Source: Flavobacteriales bacterium (lineage in GTDB: Bacteria > Bacteroidota > Bacteroidia > Flavobacteriales_F > PHOS-HE28). Taken from it: a stretch of DNA of 64,000 nucleotides. The translations under genes and the position numbers were made by a program. This document shows, one piece after another, positions 22,201-31,381 of the stretch (position 1 is the stretch's first letter; the number at the start of each line of letters is the position of its first letter). The notes below the pieces were generated by a model that was not told where the DNA came from, ran no database searches, and was given only the letters and a program-made list of their open reading frames with translations. The stretch lies in contig JAHBUL010000004.1 in NCBI GenBank assembly GCA_019638085.1, forward strand, positions 102,444 to 166,443. Direction: 5' to 3'.

Positions 22201-22502
22201 TGGTGCTGATGAACGAGTCCAACTATTCGGATGCGCACATGTTCCCCTTCACCTACAAGGCGCTCGGCATCGGCAAGCTGGTGGGCATGCCCGTGCCCGG
22301 CACCGGTACCGCCGTATGGTGGGAGCGGCTGCAGAACGACGTGATCTTCGGCATCCCCGAAGTGGGCATGGTGGATAACAGTGGCAAGTACTTGGAGAAC
22401 CAGGAGCTGGAGCCGGACGTGCGGCAGGCCGCTGAACCCGGCTTGCTCAGTACGGGAACGGATCAGCAGATCGGTGCGGCGGTGAGGACGGTGCTGGAGT
22501 GA
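19248..22502 (+). CDS. tri: tricorn protease homolog (S41-family, TolB-like beta-propellers + PDZ + C-terminal peptidase domain)
   Basis: 1084 aa with signal peptide. Repeated ...SPDG..IAF....G..DL... WD40/TolB motifs, PDZ (GLTIAEVMERSPVVKAG), and S41 catalytic region (...MNESNYSDAHMFP...) near the C-terminus. Confidence 0.9.
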   Translation: MTRIFQLALVALALLPFSSMAQSEALWLRYPAISPDGSSIVFSYQGDLWRVDASGGTASLLTTNEAYEHSPVWSHDGKWLAFASDRHGNNDVFVMPSTGGPATRLTYNSANDVPSDFTPDNSAVLFSSNRLYSAADRQFPSGRFGDLYQVSISGGEALRVMPTAAVNARYSPDGSTIVYQDIKGYENTFRKHHTSSVTRDIWTFNVASKQYAQISTFKGEDLDPVFSPDGKQVFFLSGANGSLNVYRTSATGGASTQITFLERDPVRYLSISNTGTLCFSFRGALYTMASGAAPQRITVSTATDSRYASEKTIPVKGDASEVNLSPNGNEVVFVHRGEVFVTSVKEGTTRRITDTPEQERSASFSPDGRSIIYASERNGSWDLYRSSLTRESEKQFFNATVLKEEAVLATPAEEFQPVFSPDGKEVAYLENRTTIKVLNLASKKTRTILPGDRNYSYSDGDQYFSWSPDSKWLLVEFLQNKQWITQCGLVSATGDSPVVNLTKSGHGGAHPKWAMDGTAMLWFSGRDGMKNQASWGGQEDVYAMFFTQAALDTFKLNKEEFELLKKESGDTDTADKDEKGDKKDKKEKDGKKGKEEKMDSTVAPLKFELDGIENRKVRLTNNSSDLADAVLSKDGEKLYYLASFEKGYDLWETDVRSKETKLLVKIGAEGAGSLEMDKEGKNLYFLNNGGISKVDLDKGEVKGVGINGEMTLNAAAERDYLFEHVWRQAKEKFYVKDMQGTDWDYYKKEYAQYLPYINNDNDFAELLSEMLGELNASHTGAYYRGGNPQGDATAHLGLFYANDTTPGLTIAEVMERSPVVKAGSKIKAGTVIEKIDGQAITSKEDPARLLDRKADRNTLLSLFDPKTGKRWEETVKPINGGEENELLYHRWVERNRHDVDSISGGRVGYVHVRGMNNESYKTVYEEVLGKYHDKEALVVDTRYNGGGWLHDDLATFLSGHVYMHLMPRGQDLGTEPQFKWTKPSVVLMNESNYSDAHMFPFTYKALGIGKLVGMPVPGTGTAVWWERLQNDVIFGIPEVGMVDNSGKYLENQELEPDVRQAAEPGLLSTGTDQQIGAAVRTVLE

Positions 22503-22515
22503 TCGGGCAAATGCT

Positions 22516-22605
22516 CGCTCAGGGTCTCCGCCTTGGGCCCCTGAGCTTCTTCTGGCCTCATGGTCCGCTATGTATCGGAGATGCCGGTTGGCGAGACCCT
22601 GAGGG
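22516..22605. terminator. long-range inverted repeat (CGCTCAGGGTCTCCGCC ... GGCGAGACCCTGAGGG) between convergent tri and MORN/TPR genes; putative bidirectional terminator
   Basis: About 16-bp arms with one mismatch, separated by ~57 nt, in the 117-nt convergent gap. Confidence 0.3.
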
Positions 22606-22618
22606 AGCAATAAACAGC

Positions 22619-24022
22619 TCACTCGTCCAGCGCGCGGGGATCGATACGCAGCGCTTCGGCCCTGCACTTTTCCATCTCCGCCACGTCACCGTTGCCCATC
22701 GCGATGTTCACTTTTACGATGAGGAAATCCAGGTCCTCAGGGTCCAAGGTGAGGTATTTGTCCGCGATGGGTGCGGCCTCCGTGAAGCGGCCCAAGTCGG
22801 TGAGGTAGGCCGCAAGAGCGAGTTGATTCGCGCGGGTCTCCCCTTCCGTGGTGATCTCGCTCCGCACGGAAGCAAGCTTCGCATAGGCCACTTCCTTGTT
22901 CGCTTGGAGTCGGTACAGGTTCAAGGACATCCGCAGCACCCAGTCCTCGTTCACGGTGTCCGCGCGGTCCATCATCAGTTGTTGTTCGGCCTGCACGGCC
23001 ACGGAGTCGCCCAGCATGTTATGCACCAGCGCCAATGCCACATGCGGGCCCAAGCGAGTTGCCATGGTCGGATATCCGGCCATCTTTCCAGCTATGCTGC
23101 GAAGCGCTCCGAATGCGCTGCTGTCATGCGCATCCACGATCACACGAATGTCTTCGGCCGGAATACCAGTGGCGTCCAATAGTGTGGACTGCGCCGACTC
23201 CAAGTGCTGGAATTGCTCGTATACCCCGGCCTTTAGGATAACCAGCCACATGTACTCCGGGTTACTCTCGGAATGATCCGTCACGAGATCGATCGCCTGT
23301 TGAATGCTGGCAAGTGAAGCGTTGAGGTCACGCTTCCCCATTTCCTCGTTCGTGCGCTCGATGTAGAGATCGATGCTGTTCGAAGCTTGGGTGATGCTGC
23401 CCGTTGCATAGGACTTTGTGCTCTTGTTGCCCTTGGCATCCCACCAGGTCCATTCCCCGTGCTTCTGTCCGTTCAGGAAATCGCCGACCATCCTGGGTTT
23501 GCCGTCCGGATACCACTCTTTCCAGATGCCGATGCTCGTATCCCCTTTCAACTCTCCTTGTTGCATCAATTGGCCGTTGTCGTGGTACCACGACCATTCG
23601 CCTATCGCTACACCGTCGTGATAGGAGCCCTCCTTGCTTTTGCTGCCGTCCTCAAAGTACCACGTGAACACGCCCTCTTCCTTACCGTCCGTGAAGGCCC
23701 CCTGCCGCTTCAATTGACCACTCTCATACCAAGCCTTCCAAATACCGGCTTGTGTCGTTCCATGCAGCTCACCCTCGATCTGCTTGTTCCCGTTCAGGTA
23801 CCAAGAGCGCAGTTTCCCATTGGGCTCGCCGTCCCTATATTCCACCGAGGATTCCTTTGTACCGATCTCGTTGATCACGACCACGGTACCGGTGTAAGGT
23901 ACAGTAGCACCGAGTGCATAACCGATCCCGTCGCGCAGCTCAAGACTGTCGGCATTGAGTTGTTGCGCGACGATGTTTCCGCCGATGAAAAAGAGGAGGA
24001 CGAGAAGAATTGAGATTCGCAT
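22619..24022 (-). CDS. secreted MORN-repeat (YwqK-like MORN_2) + tetratricopeptide-repeat protein
   Basis: Signal peptide. Six or more repeats of G..EG.W..WYENGQ... (MORN variant), followed by helical TPR-like C-terminal half. Confidence 0.7.
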   Translation of the reverse strand: MRISILLVLLFFIGGNIVAQQLNADSLELRDGIGYALGATVPYTGTVVVINEIGTKESSVEYRDGEPNGKLRSWYLNGNKQIEGELHGTTQAGIWKAWYESGQLKRQGAFTDGKEEGVFTWYFEDGSKSKEGSYHDGVAIGEWSWYHDNGQLMQQGELKGDTSIGIWKEWYPDGKPRMVGDFLNGQKHGEWTWWDAKGNKSTKSYATGSITQASNSIDLYIERTNEEMGKRDLNASLASIQQAIDLVTDHSESNPEYMWLVILKAGVYEQFQHLESAQSTLLDATGIPAEDIRVIVDAHDSSAFGALRSIAGKMAGYPTMATRLGPHVALALVHNMLGDSVAVQAEQQLMMDRADTVNEDWVLRMSLNLYRLQANKEVAYAKLASVRSEITTEGETRANQLALAAYLTDLGRFTEAAPIADKYLTLDPEDLDFLIVKVNIAMGNGDVAEMEKCRAEALRIDPRALDE

Positions 24023-24062
24023 CTGATACTTACTGACCTCAAGGTCCGCTGAGAGAGCTGGA

Positions 24063-24854
24063 TCACAGATCCCCTGCCTCGGCGATCAGCTCCGCTACAT
24101 CCTTCACCACCACGTTGCCTTCCTTGTTGAAGTGCTTCACGCCGTCGTTGAGCATGGTGTTGCAGAAGGGACAGCCCGCAGCGATGATGTTCGCGCCGGT
24201 ATCGATAGCTTCCTCGGTGCGCTCCACGTTCACTTCCTTGTTGCCCGGCTCGGCCTCCTTGAACATCTGTGCACCGCCAGCACCACAGCACAGGCCTTTT
24301 GCCTTGCTCCGTTTCATCTCCACCAGTGCGGCATCCAACTTCAGCAGTACCTCACGCGGTGCTTCGTACTCGCCGTTGCCGCGACCTAAGTAGCATGGAT
24401 CATGGAAGGTGATCTTCTTCCCTTTGAAGCTGCCGCCATCAACGGTGATGCGGCCTTCCTTCAGCAGCGTGTTGATGAACTGGCTGTGGTGCATCACCTC
24501 GTATTCGCCACCCAGCGCCGGGTATTCGTTCTTGATGGTATTGAAGCAATGCGGACAAGCCGTAACAATGCGCTTGATGCCGTATCCATTGAGCACGGTG
24601 ACGTTCTGCAAGGCTTGCATGTTGAAGAGGAACTCGTTGCCAGCTCTACGTGCCGGATCGCCGGTGCAGCTTTCTTCCTGCCCCAGCACAGCGAACTTCA
24701 CCTTGGCGGCAGTAAGGATGCGTACGAAGGCTTTGGAGATCTTCCGTGCACGGTCGTCGAAGGAGCCCATGCAGCCTACCCAGAAGAGAACTTCGGGGAC
24801 TTCACCTGTGGCCGCGAACTCGGCCATGGTGGGGACTTTTATTGGGTCGCTCAT
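24063..24854 (-). CDS. (Fe-S)-binding protein with two cysteine-rich CCG domains (HdrD/GlpC/LutA-like)
   Basis: Motifs CTGDPARRAG, TACPHCFNT, DPCYLGRGNG, CCGAGGAQMF, AAGCPFCNTM. Confidence 0.75.
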   Translation of the reverse strand: MSDPIKVPTMAEFAATGEVPEVLFWVGCMGSFDDRARKISKAFVRILTAAKVKFAVLGQEESCTGDPARRAGNEFLFNMQALQNVTVLNGYGIKRIVTACPHCFNTIKNEYPALGGEYEVMHHSQFINTLLKEGRITVDGGSFKGKKITFHDPCYLGRGNGEYEAPREVLLKLDAALVEMKRSKAKGLCCGAGGAQMFKEAEPGNKEVNVERTEEAIDTGANIIAAGCPFCNTMLNDGVKHFNKEGNVVVKDVAELIAEAGDL

Positions 24855-24857
24855 TTC

Positions 24858-24891
24858 CTGAAAGATGAAATATGAAAGCTGAAAGATGAAA
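24858..24891. repeat. AT-rich direct repeat ctgaaagatgaaa x2 (21-nt period) in the 55-nt gap between the two Fe-S genes
   Basis: Seen directly. The local AT content is far above the window average. Confidence 0.4.
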
Positions 24892-24909
24892 AAACCTGAG
24901 CGCCTAACT

Positions 24910-26235
24910 TCATTCCTCCGTCCACTTCATGCGTTGATCAGGACCGAAGGCCCAGGCCGCACCATTGTTCTCGATCGTGGTGAACATGGCGTTGAGTTCT
25001 TGGCGGGCCTTGCTTTCCTCCATCACCAGATAGCGGCGCATGTCGAGGATGACCTCCACCGGATCGATGTTCACAGGGCAGGCCTGTGTGCAGGCGTTGC
25101 ATGTGGTGCAGGCCCAAAGTTCTTCTTCACTGATGCGACTGAATAGGCTCTTGCCATCGTCCTCCCACTTGCCTTTTGCATCGATCACCCTTCCCACTTC
25201 CTCCAAGCGGTCGCGGGTGTCCATTATGATCTTCCGCGGACTTAACAGCTTGCCGGTCATGTTGGCCGGGCACTCGCTGGTGCAGCGCCCGCACTCCGTG
25301 CAGGTATAGGCGTCCATAAGGGCTTTCCACGTCAGGTCGAAGACATCCTTGGCGCCGAAATGCTCGGGAGGCAGGCCATTGGTCGGTTCTGCAGGTGCAG
25401 CGGGCGGAGGGATCGATGGATCCATCATGCTCTTCACTTCACCAGCCACTCGTGGCATGTTGGACATTTCGGTCTTCGGCTCCAGCTTGCTGTACCACAC
25501 ATTGGGGAAGGCCAGCAGGATGTGGAAGTGCTTGCTGTATGGCAGGTAGTTGAGGAAACCGAGGATGCCGATGATATGGAACCACCAGCTGAAGCGCTCG
25601 ATGCCGATAAGGGTGGAGGGTGCGAGAGCGGAAAAGTTGAAAAACTGCGCGAGGTGTGCGCTCATGGGGAAGGCACCAGCGAGCACATAGTGCTCCGCAC
25701 CCATGCCCTGCAACGTGTGGTCGGCGGCGTTCATGAGCAGGAATGCCGACATCAACAGGATCTCGAAGGTGAGGATCAACCCAGCGTCGGTGCGTGGCCA
25801 AGCCGTCATCTCCGGCATCCAGAAACGCTTGATCCGCAGGATGAAGCGGCGGACAAGGAAGATCGCGCAACCCAACCACGTCAACACTGCCAGCACCTCG
25901 AAACTACCGATCAGAAAGTCGTAGAAACCACCCATGAAGCGCAGCACGCGATGCGTGCCGAAGATGCCGTCGATGATGATCTCCAGCACTTCGATGTTGA
26001 TGATCACGAAGCCCGCATAGACGACGATGTGCAGGATCCCCGCGACTGGGCGGACCACCATCTTGCTTTGACCCAAGGCCACTTTGGCCATCAAGGCCCA
26101 GCGCGCACCGGCGCGGTCGGTGCGGTCCACATCACGGCCCAGCAGGATGTTCCGGCGGATGCGCCTGACGTTGTATGTGAACCAGATCACAGCGCCAGCA
26201 AAGGCGAGCAGGAAGATGACCGCTCCGATACTCAT
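24910..26235 (-). CDS. membrane-bound 4Fe-4S dicluster protein (N-terminal multi-TM domain + two ferredoxin-type CxxCxxCxxxCP motifs), partner of the CCG protein
   Basis: Five or six TM helices, then CTECGRCTSECP and CTTCNACTQACP. 4-nt overlap with the upstream MlaD gene. Confidence 0.7.
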   Translation of the reverse strand: MSIGAVIFLLAFAGAVIWFTYNVRRIRRNILLGRDVDRTDRAGARWALMAKVALGQSKMVVRPVAGILHIVVYAGFVIINIEVLEIIIDGIFGTHRVLRFMGGFYDFLIGSFEVLAVLTWLGCAIFLVRRFILRIKRFWMPEMTAWPRTDAGLILTFEILLMSAFLLMNAADHTLQGMGAEHYVLAGAFPMSAHLAQFFNFSALAPSTLIGIERFSWWFHIIGILGFLNYLPYSKHFHILLAFPNVWYSKLEPKTEMSNMPRVAGEVKSMMDPSIPPPAAPAEPTNGLPPEHFGAKDVFDLTWKALMDAYTCTECGRCTSECPANMTGKLLSPRKIIMDTRDRLEEVGRVIDAKGKWEDDGKSLFSRISEEELWACTTCNACTQACPVNIDPVEVILDMRRYLVMEESKARQELNAMFTTIENNGAAWAFGPDQRMKWTEE

Positions 26236-27254
26236 GGCTTGCTTTCGGGCGGGTAAGTTTCGCGGATGCGCTCAATGTCCGACTTGCTGAGCTTTGGCAA
26301 TCTGTCCTTGCGACCAAAGATGGAGAGGTAGCGGTGCGGGTTGAGGCGTAGGTCCTCCATCAGCAGGTCCATTTGGTGGGTGGCTGCGTTCAGGTTGGTG
26401 TAGAGACTATCGTCGGTCATCAACTTGCCCAAGGTACCCTCACCGCTATTGATGCGGGCCATGGCGGCCTTCAGGTCGGTGGAGGTGGACTCCAGATTCG
26501 CCATCATCCTTTCAAGGCGACCGTTTGCCAGTGCTGCCGTGGCGCTATCCATGTTGGCGAAGATGTTGGAGAGGTGCTCGTTGTTGGCGGCCAGGTTGGC
26601 CATTACCTTGTCCACATTGGTGAGGATGCCACTGATATGTTGGCTTTCCTTGGCGATGAGCAGGTCGAGGTTGTGCGTGGTGGAATTGATGTTCTCCAGG
26701 GTGGCGCGCAGGTTGGTGAAGCTGGCATCGATATCGCCACGTGCATTCTCATTCAGGATCAGTTGCATGGCGCTGAGCACGGAATCAACGCTGGCCAACA
26801 TGCCCTCCGCCTTTCTTTTCAGTGGATCGATCTGTGCGCCCACGGATTCCGTCAGGCTCAGTTCGGCCCCGCCCAGCAAGGTATCGCCAGGAACCGCCTC
26901 AGGTCCGCTGCCTAGCCGGATACGCACCGCGCGGCTGAAGAGATCAGCACTGAAGAGCTCCGCATGGGTGTCCTTGGTCAACTTCAAGCGGTTTTCATTG
27001 ATCTGCATGGTGACCGCGATACGGCCAGAGCCATCCGCTAGCATGTCGGTACCCACCACCTGGCCCACTTTGTAGCCATGGTAGAGTACGGGGGTGGCGT
27101 CGTTGATCCCCGAAACATCCCCATACACGGCGTGATAGATGTTGTTCTTCTTCAAGAGATCGAGCCCCTTGAGGTAGTTGAGCCCGAAGACCAGAAGGAC
27201 GATACCTCCGATCACCATGAGCGCAATGGAATACTGGCGTTTGAATTTCAGCAC
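26232..27254 (-). CDS. mlaD: MlaD/MCE-family protein (N-terminal TM anchor, MCE domain, long coiled-coil C-terminus)
   Basis: TM (IALMVIGGIVLLVFGL), MCE core (...GDVSGINDATPVLYHGYKVGQVVG...), helical A/L/N-rich C-terminal region. Confidence 0.75.
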   Translation of the reverse strand: MLKFKRQYSIALMVIGGIVLLVFGLNYLKGLDLLKKNNIYHAVYGDVSGINDATPVLYHGYKVGQVVGTDMLADGSGRIAVTMQINENRLKLTKDTHAELFSADLFSRAVRIRLGSGPEAVPGDTLLGGAELSLTESVGAQIDPLKRKAEGMLASVDSVLSAMQLILNENARGDIDASFTNLRATLENINSTTHNLDLLIAKESQHISGILTNVDKVMANLAANNEHLSNIFANMDSATAALANGRLERMMANLESTSTDLKAAMARINSGEGTLGKLMTDDSLYTNLNAATHQMDLLMEDLRLNPHRYLSIFGRKDRLPKLSKSDIERIRETYPPESKP

Positions 27255-27292
27255 GGGAGGTGTGTATGTGTTTAGCGGTCGAGGTCCGGTAT

Positions 27293-28561
27293 TTACCGGA
27301 CCAAATTAACAGCTTGCTGCAGATCGATACGCGTTCCGTTCTTCCAAGCGGTGATAAACGCACCATCAAACCCTTTGCTCTTGCAGGTTTTCTGGATCTC
27401 CCGGGCACCCGCGAGGTCGGTTGCGCTGCCAACGCTGTACTTCCAGAGTTCACCGGCCTGCATCTCCTCCACCTCCAGTCCTTGGAACTTGGAGGAACCT
27501 GCGGGGATCCTTTTGCTGGTGGTGATGATCTGCACTTTGAAGCGTACGCCCGTATCCTTTACGGTTGCCGTTGCGTTCTTGTCCGGTTCCATTTTGGAGG
27601 TATCCACGAAGGTGCTTTCGACCTTCGCCTCCAGATCGAAGTTGACATCCTTGTGCTCGATGCGGGACTTGTACTCCTTGAAGGCGCGGTAGATCGCCGA
27701 GGCCATGTACTCCTGCCCTTGGTTGCTCTGTAGGAAATCCTCTTCCTTGGGATTGCTCAAAAAGCCCAACTCCACCAATACGGCGGGCATCGTGGTGTAA
27801 CTGATCACCAAAAAACCCGCCTGCTTCACCCCCCGGTCCACCCGTCCCACGCGGTCCCGGAATTGTTCTTGGATCAACGAGCTCAGCAGGAGGCTGTGGT
27901 CCAAGTACGCGTTCTGGCGTAGGCTCAGCGCGATCATGCTTTCGGGGTCCTTCGGGTCGTATCCATCATACTTGAGCTCGTGGTCATCCTCGAGCAGGAT
28001 GGATTCGTTCTCCTTCATGGCCACCCGCATGTTCGCCTCGGTCTTGTGCAATCCCATCACATAGGTCTCGCATCCATGGGGGTCCGATCGCGTGTTGGCG
28101 TTGCAGTGTATGCTGATGAACACGTCGGCCTTGTTCCTGTTCGCGATGTTGTTCCGTTCCATCAGTTCGATGAAGCGGTCATCCTCACGGGTGTACAGTA
28201 CGTTCACGTCCGGCAGGTTCTCCTTGATGTATTTACCCACCAGCAAGGTCACCGCCAGGGCCACGTCCTTCTCGGTGGTCTTATAGCGCTTGGTGCCCAA
28301 ATTGCCCGGATCCTTGCCACCATGGCCGGCATCCAGGACGACGGTACCGACGCGATTGGCATTGCTTGCCGACTTTTGCGGCATGGCATGTGCGGAGAAT
28401 GCCAGCATAAATACACCGACGAGCCACCAAGCAACGCATGAATTCCTTTCGCTACCGCGAACTGCGGCGTGGCCAACCGCTACTTTCGGCGCGGCCGCCG
28501 CGCAGGCTTGCCCGCTGATGTCCTTTGAACCCTGCATATACGCTCCCATCCCGGACCGCAT
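27293..28561 (-). CDS. N-acetylmuramoyl-L-alanine amidase (Amidase_3, AmiC-like) with C-terminal SPOR-like domain; start codon uncertain
   Basis: Amidase_3 motifs VVLDAGHGGKDPG, ...ADVFISIHCNAN... C-terminal ...FKVQIITTSKRIP...GFDGAFITAWKNGTRI is SPOR-like. A signal-like h-region (CVAWWLVGVFMLAFSAHA) has no close in-frame ATG/GTG/TTG start. ATG candidates at 28561, 28549, 28537 and 28408. Confidence 0.75.
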   Translation of the reverse strand: MRSGMGAYMQGSKDISGQACAAAAPKVAVGHAAVRGSERNSCVAWWLVGVFMLAFSAHAMPQKSASNANRVGTVVLDAGHGGKDPGNLGTKRYKTTEKDVALAVTLLVGKYIKENLPDVNVLYTREDDRFIELMERNNIANRNKADVFISIHCNANTRSDPHGCETYVMGLHKTEANMRVAMKENESILLEDDHELKYDGYDPKDPESMIALSLRQNAYLDHSLLLSSLIQEQFRDRVGRVDRGVKQAGFLVISYTTMPAVLVELGFLSNPKEEDFLQSNQGQEYMASAIYRAFKEYKSRIEHKDVNFDLEAKVESTFVDTSKMEPDKNATATVKDTGVRFKVQIITTSKRIPAGSSKFQGLEVEEMQAGELWKYSVGSATDLAGAREIQKTCKSKGFDGAFITAWKNGTRIDLQQAVNLVR

Positions 28562-31085
28562 GGCCCGATGCTGCGAATGTATCCCCCATCGCAAGCGCTT
28601 CGGGGCAGCGGTCCGTGCGATTTTCATCACGGTGTTGTCAGTAACCATGAGCAGGGCCGCTATTGCACAGGCCTTGCAAAGTGAAGTGAAGTATAGTGCG
28701 CGGGACAGCATGCGGTACGACTTGGCCAAGCAAACGGTGTACCTCTTTGGTGCGGCCACCGTGAAATACCAGGATGTGGAGCTCACTGCGGACCGGATCC
28801 TGCTGGACCTGGACCGTGAGGAAGTACAGGCGTTCGGCACGCTGGACAGCACTGGCGTACCCGTGGGAGCACCTCAATTCACCCAAGGTGGACAGGAGGT
28901 GAAAGCGGACAGCATCCGCTATAATTTCAAGACCAAGGAAGGCCTGATCAGGGAGGTGCGGACCCAGGAATCCCAGATGTACGCACTTGCGCATCTGAGC
29001 AAACGCCATGCGAACGGCGAGATCCACAGCTTGGGTGGCAGCCTTACCACTTGCGATCGCCCCCACCCCCACTATCGCTTCGATGTGAGCAAGATGATCG
29101 TGATCCCCGATGACAAGATCGTGATGGGGCCAGCGATCATGAAGATCGGCAACGTGCCCACCCCATTGGTGGCCCCTTTCGGCTTTTTCCCCAACCACAA
29201 AGGCGGTTCGGCTGGTCTCCTCATCCCCACCTGGGGCAACTCGGACCAGTTCGGATTCTTCCTGCTGAACGGCGGTTACTACCTGCCCCTCGGCGAGAAT
29301 TTCGATCAGCAGCTGACGGCAGATATATACAGCCGGGGCAGTTGGGGACTTCGATCCATTACACGCTATAAAAGCCGGTACCGGTTCAGTGGCAACATGG
29401 ACCTGCAGTACAGCGACAAGCTCAACAGCATCCGCGAATACCCCGATTTCAGCGAGCAGCGTACCTACTTCATCCGCTGGAATCACCTGATGGATCCACG
29501 GGCCAGCCTTACGGACCGCTTCAATGCCAGCGTGAACATCGGCTCCAGCCAGAATTTCACCAACAATTTCAACAGCACCACGGCGGACTATTTGAGCAAT
29601 ACCTTCCAGAGCAATGTGAACTGGAGCCACCTCTGGCCGGGCAAACCATACAGCCTCAGTGTGGCTGCGCGCCATAGCCAGAACACGCTGACCCGCTCTT
29701 TCGACGTTACGCTGCCTTCCGTGAACTTCAATGTGCAACGTTTCTTTCCGGGCCTCTTGTTCCGTCCCGAGTCTACGGGAAAGCAGAAATGGTATGAGCG
29801 TGTCGGGGTCACTTGGAACTCGGTCTTCGAAAATCGCCTGAACACTACGGAGGACCAGATCTCCATCCAGAACATCCCGAACCTGATCGACCAGATGCGC
29901 AATGGCGTGCGCCATACGGGTTCGGTGAGCACCTCGATCAAGACCCGCGCCTTTACCCTGAACCCCCAGTTGAACATCACGGACCGCACCTATTTCGATG
30001 CGTTGAACAAGACGTATTATCCCACAAACGATTCGGTGGCCGTGGATACCATAGCTGGGTTCTACAACATCTTCGACTGGAACATCGGGGCTACTGCCAC
30101 CAGCAAGTTGTATGGTATGTATTCGTTCCGCAGCGGCAGGCTGACGGCTATTCGCCACGTGATCACGCCTTCGGCATCGCTTACCTACCTACCGGGCAAG
30201 GATACCCGCATCAGCGGTCCGTACGGTCCAGGGGGAAGCGTCGGCAGTTATTCACCCTATGATATCGGTATCTACGGCCAGCCTTCACCGAACTCCAGTG
30301 GCCTGGTAGCACTTGGGCTGGTACAAAGTGTGGAAGGCAAGATGCGCTCGCGGAAGCCTGATGCCAAGGGTGATCCGCAGTTCACCAAGATCAAGTTCCT
30401 GGACTACCTCGGCATCAATGCGAACTATGATCTGCTGAAAGACTCGGTGAATTGGTCACCAGTGAACATCGCTGCGCGGACGAGGCTCTTCGACCTCCTC
30501 GACCTCAACCTCGCCAGCAACTGGAACCCGTATGCTACGGACAGCCTAGGCCGCAATGTGGATCGCCCTACACGCTCGGTGGATGGTTCGCTCGCTCACT
30601 TGAACAACGCCACCGCAGCCTTGGGCTTCGATCTGCAGAGCAAGCGATACGGCAAGCCCGTAGGCGAAACCAGCAGCGATGATCAGGTGGTGGGCGAGGC
30701 CGATCCGAGCAAGGGTGCCCGAGTGAACTTCAGCATCCCTTGGCATCTGAGGGTGAACTACAGCTGGGGCATAGCACGCAACTACCGCGCAAAGGAGTAC
30801 ACCGAACAGCAGTCGCAGAGCGTGCTCTTCAGCGGTGACCTGAACATCCTCAAATACTGGAAGCTCGGTTTCAGCAGCGGCTACGATATGGAGGCCGGGG
30901 AATGGACGCCTACCTCACTGAACCTGTATTGGGACCTGCACTGCTGGGAATTCAATGCGAACGTGATCCCGTTCGGCGTCCGCAAAAGCTTCACCTTCCG
31001 CATCAATGTAAAGGCCAGCGTGCTGGAAGATCTGAAGTACGAGTTGCGGAAGCCCTTCGGGAACACGAACGAACTGCTGTATTGA
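28560..31085 (+). CDS. lptD: LptD-like outer-membrane LPS-assembly protein (OstA-like N-terminal domain + large beta-barrel)
   Basis: Signal peptide (...RKRFGAAVRAIFITVLSVTMSRAAIAQA). OstA-like N domain (...YLFGAATVKYQDVELTADRILLDLDREEVQAFG...). ~840 aa beta-rich body typical of Bacteroidota LptD. Alternative ATG at 28518. Confidence 0.5.
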   Translation: MARCCECIPHRKRFGAAVRAIFITVLSVTMSRAAIAQALQSEVKYSARDSMRYDLAKQTVYLFGAATVKYQDVELTADRILLDLDREEVQAFGTLDSTGVPVGAPQFTQGGQEVKADSIRYNFKTKEGLIREVRTQESQMYALAHLSKRHANGEIHSLGGSLTTCDRPHPHYRFDVSKMIVIPDDKIVMGPAIMKIGNVPTPLVAPFGFFPNHKGGSAGLLIPTWGNSDQFGFFLLNGGYYLPLGENFDQQLTADIYSRGSWGLRSITRYKSRYRFSGNMDLQYSDKLNSIREYPDFSEQRTYFIRWNHLMDPRASLTDRFNASVNIGSSQNFTNNFNSTTADYLSNTFQSNVNWSHLWPGKPYSLSVAARHSQNTLTRSFDVTLPSVNFNVQRFFPGLLFRPESTGKQKWYERVGVTWNSVFENRLNTTEDQISIQNIPNLIDQMRNGVRHTGSVSTSIKTRAFTLNPQLNITDRTYFDALNKTYYPTNDSVAVDTIAGFYNIFDWNIGATATSKLYGMYSFRSGRLTAIRHVITPSASLTYLPGKDTRISGPYGPGGSVGSYSPYDIGIYGQPSPNSSGLVALGLVQSVEGKMRSRKPDAKGDPQFTKIKFLDYLGINANYDLLKDSVNWSPVNIAARTRLFDLLDLNLASNWNPYATDSLGRNVDRPTRSVDGSLAHLNNATAALGFDLQSKRYGKPVGETSSDDQVVGEADPSKGARVNFSIPWHLRVNYSWGIARNYRAKEYTEQQSQSVLFSGDLNILKYWKLGFSSGYDMEAGEWTPTSLNLYWDLHCWEFNANVIPFGVRKSFTFRINVKASVLEDLKYELRKPFGNTNELLY

Positions 31086-31333
31086 GACCTTTTCTTTTAC
31101 CGCAACGCTCGCAACGTGAATGCAGTTCGTCAGCGCTGCTTTCGAGCGAGCTTCCAAAAGTATTCGGGTGCTGGTTCAATAGGACGCTCCATACATATGC
31201 CCTGCGTGTTTCGCGAGCTCCCTGCTCTATTTCCAGCATACGGCTTCTCCACACTGACGCGTATCCGAATGCATTTGGGAAAACATGCAGCACGCAGTCG
31301 TCCCCTCGCGCCAATGCATTGATACGGAATGCA

Positions 31334-31361
31334 AAAGGGCGGCTCCGTAGAACCGCCCTTT
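31334..31361. terminator. bidirectional rho-independent terminator (AAAGGGCGG-N10-CCGCCCTTT)
   Basis: 9-bp GC stem flanked by A-run and T-run, 21 nt downstream of the minus-strand OMP gene stop (31382). Confidence 0.5.
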
Positions 31362-31381
31362 GCTGTGGAAATTTAAGCTCC

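Noticed and set aside
21060-22667. 535-aa ORF on - strand
   Set aside because: Antisense to the tricorn protease gene. Arg/His/Gly-rich GC-frame artefact with no motifs.
28638-30158. 506-aa ORF on - strand
   Set aside because: Antisense to the lptD-like gene, which has the OstA-like domain and a signal peptide.
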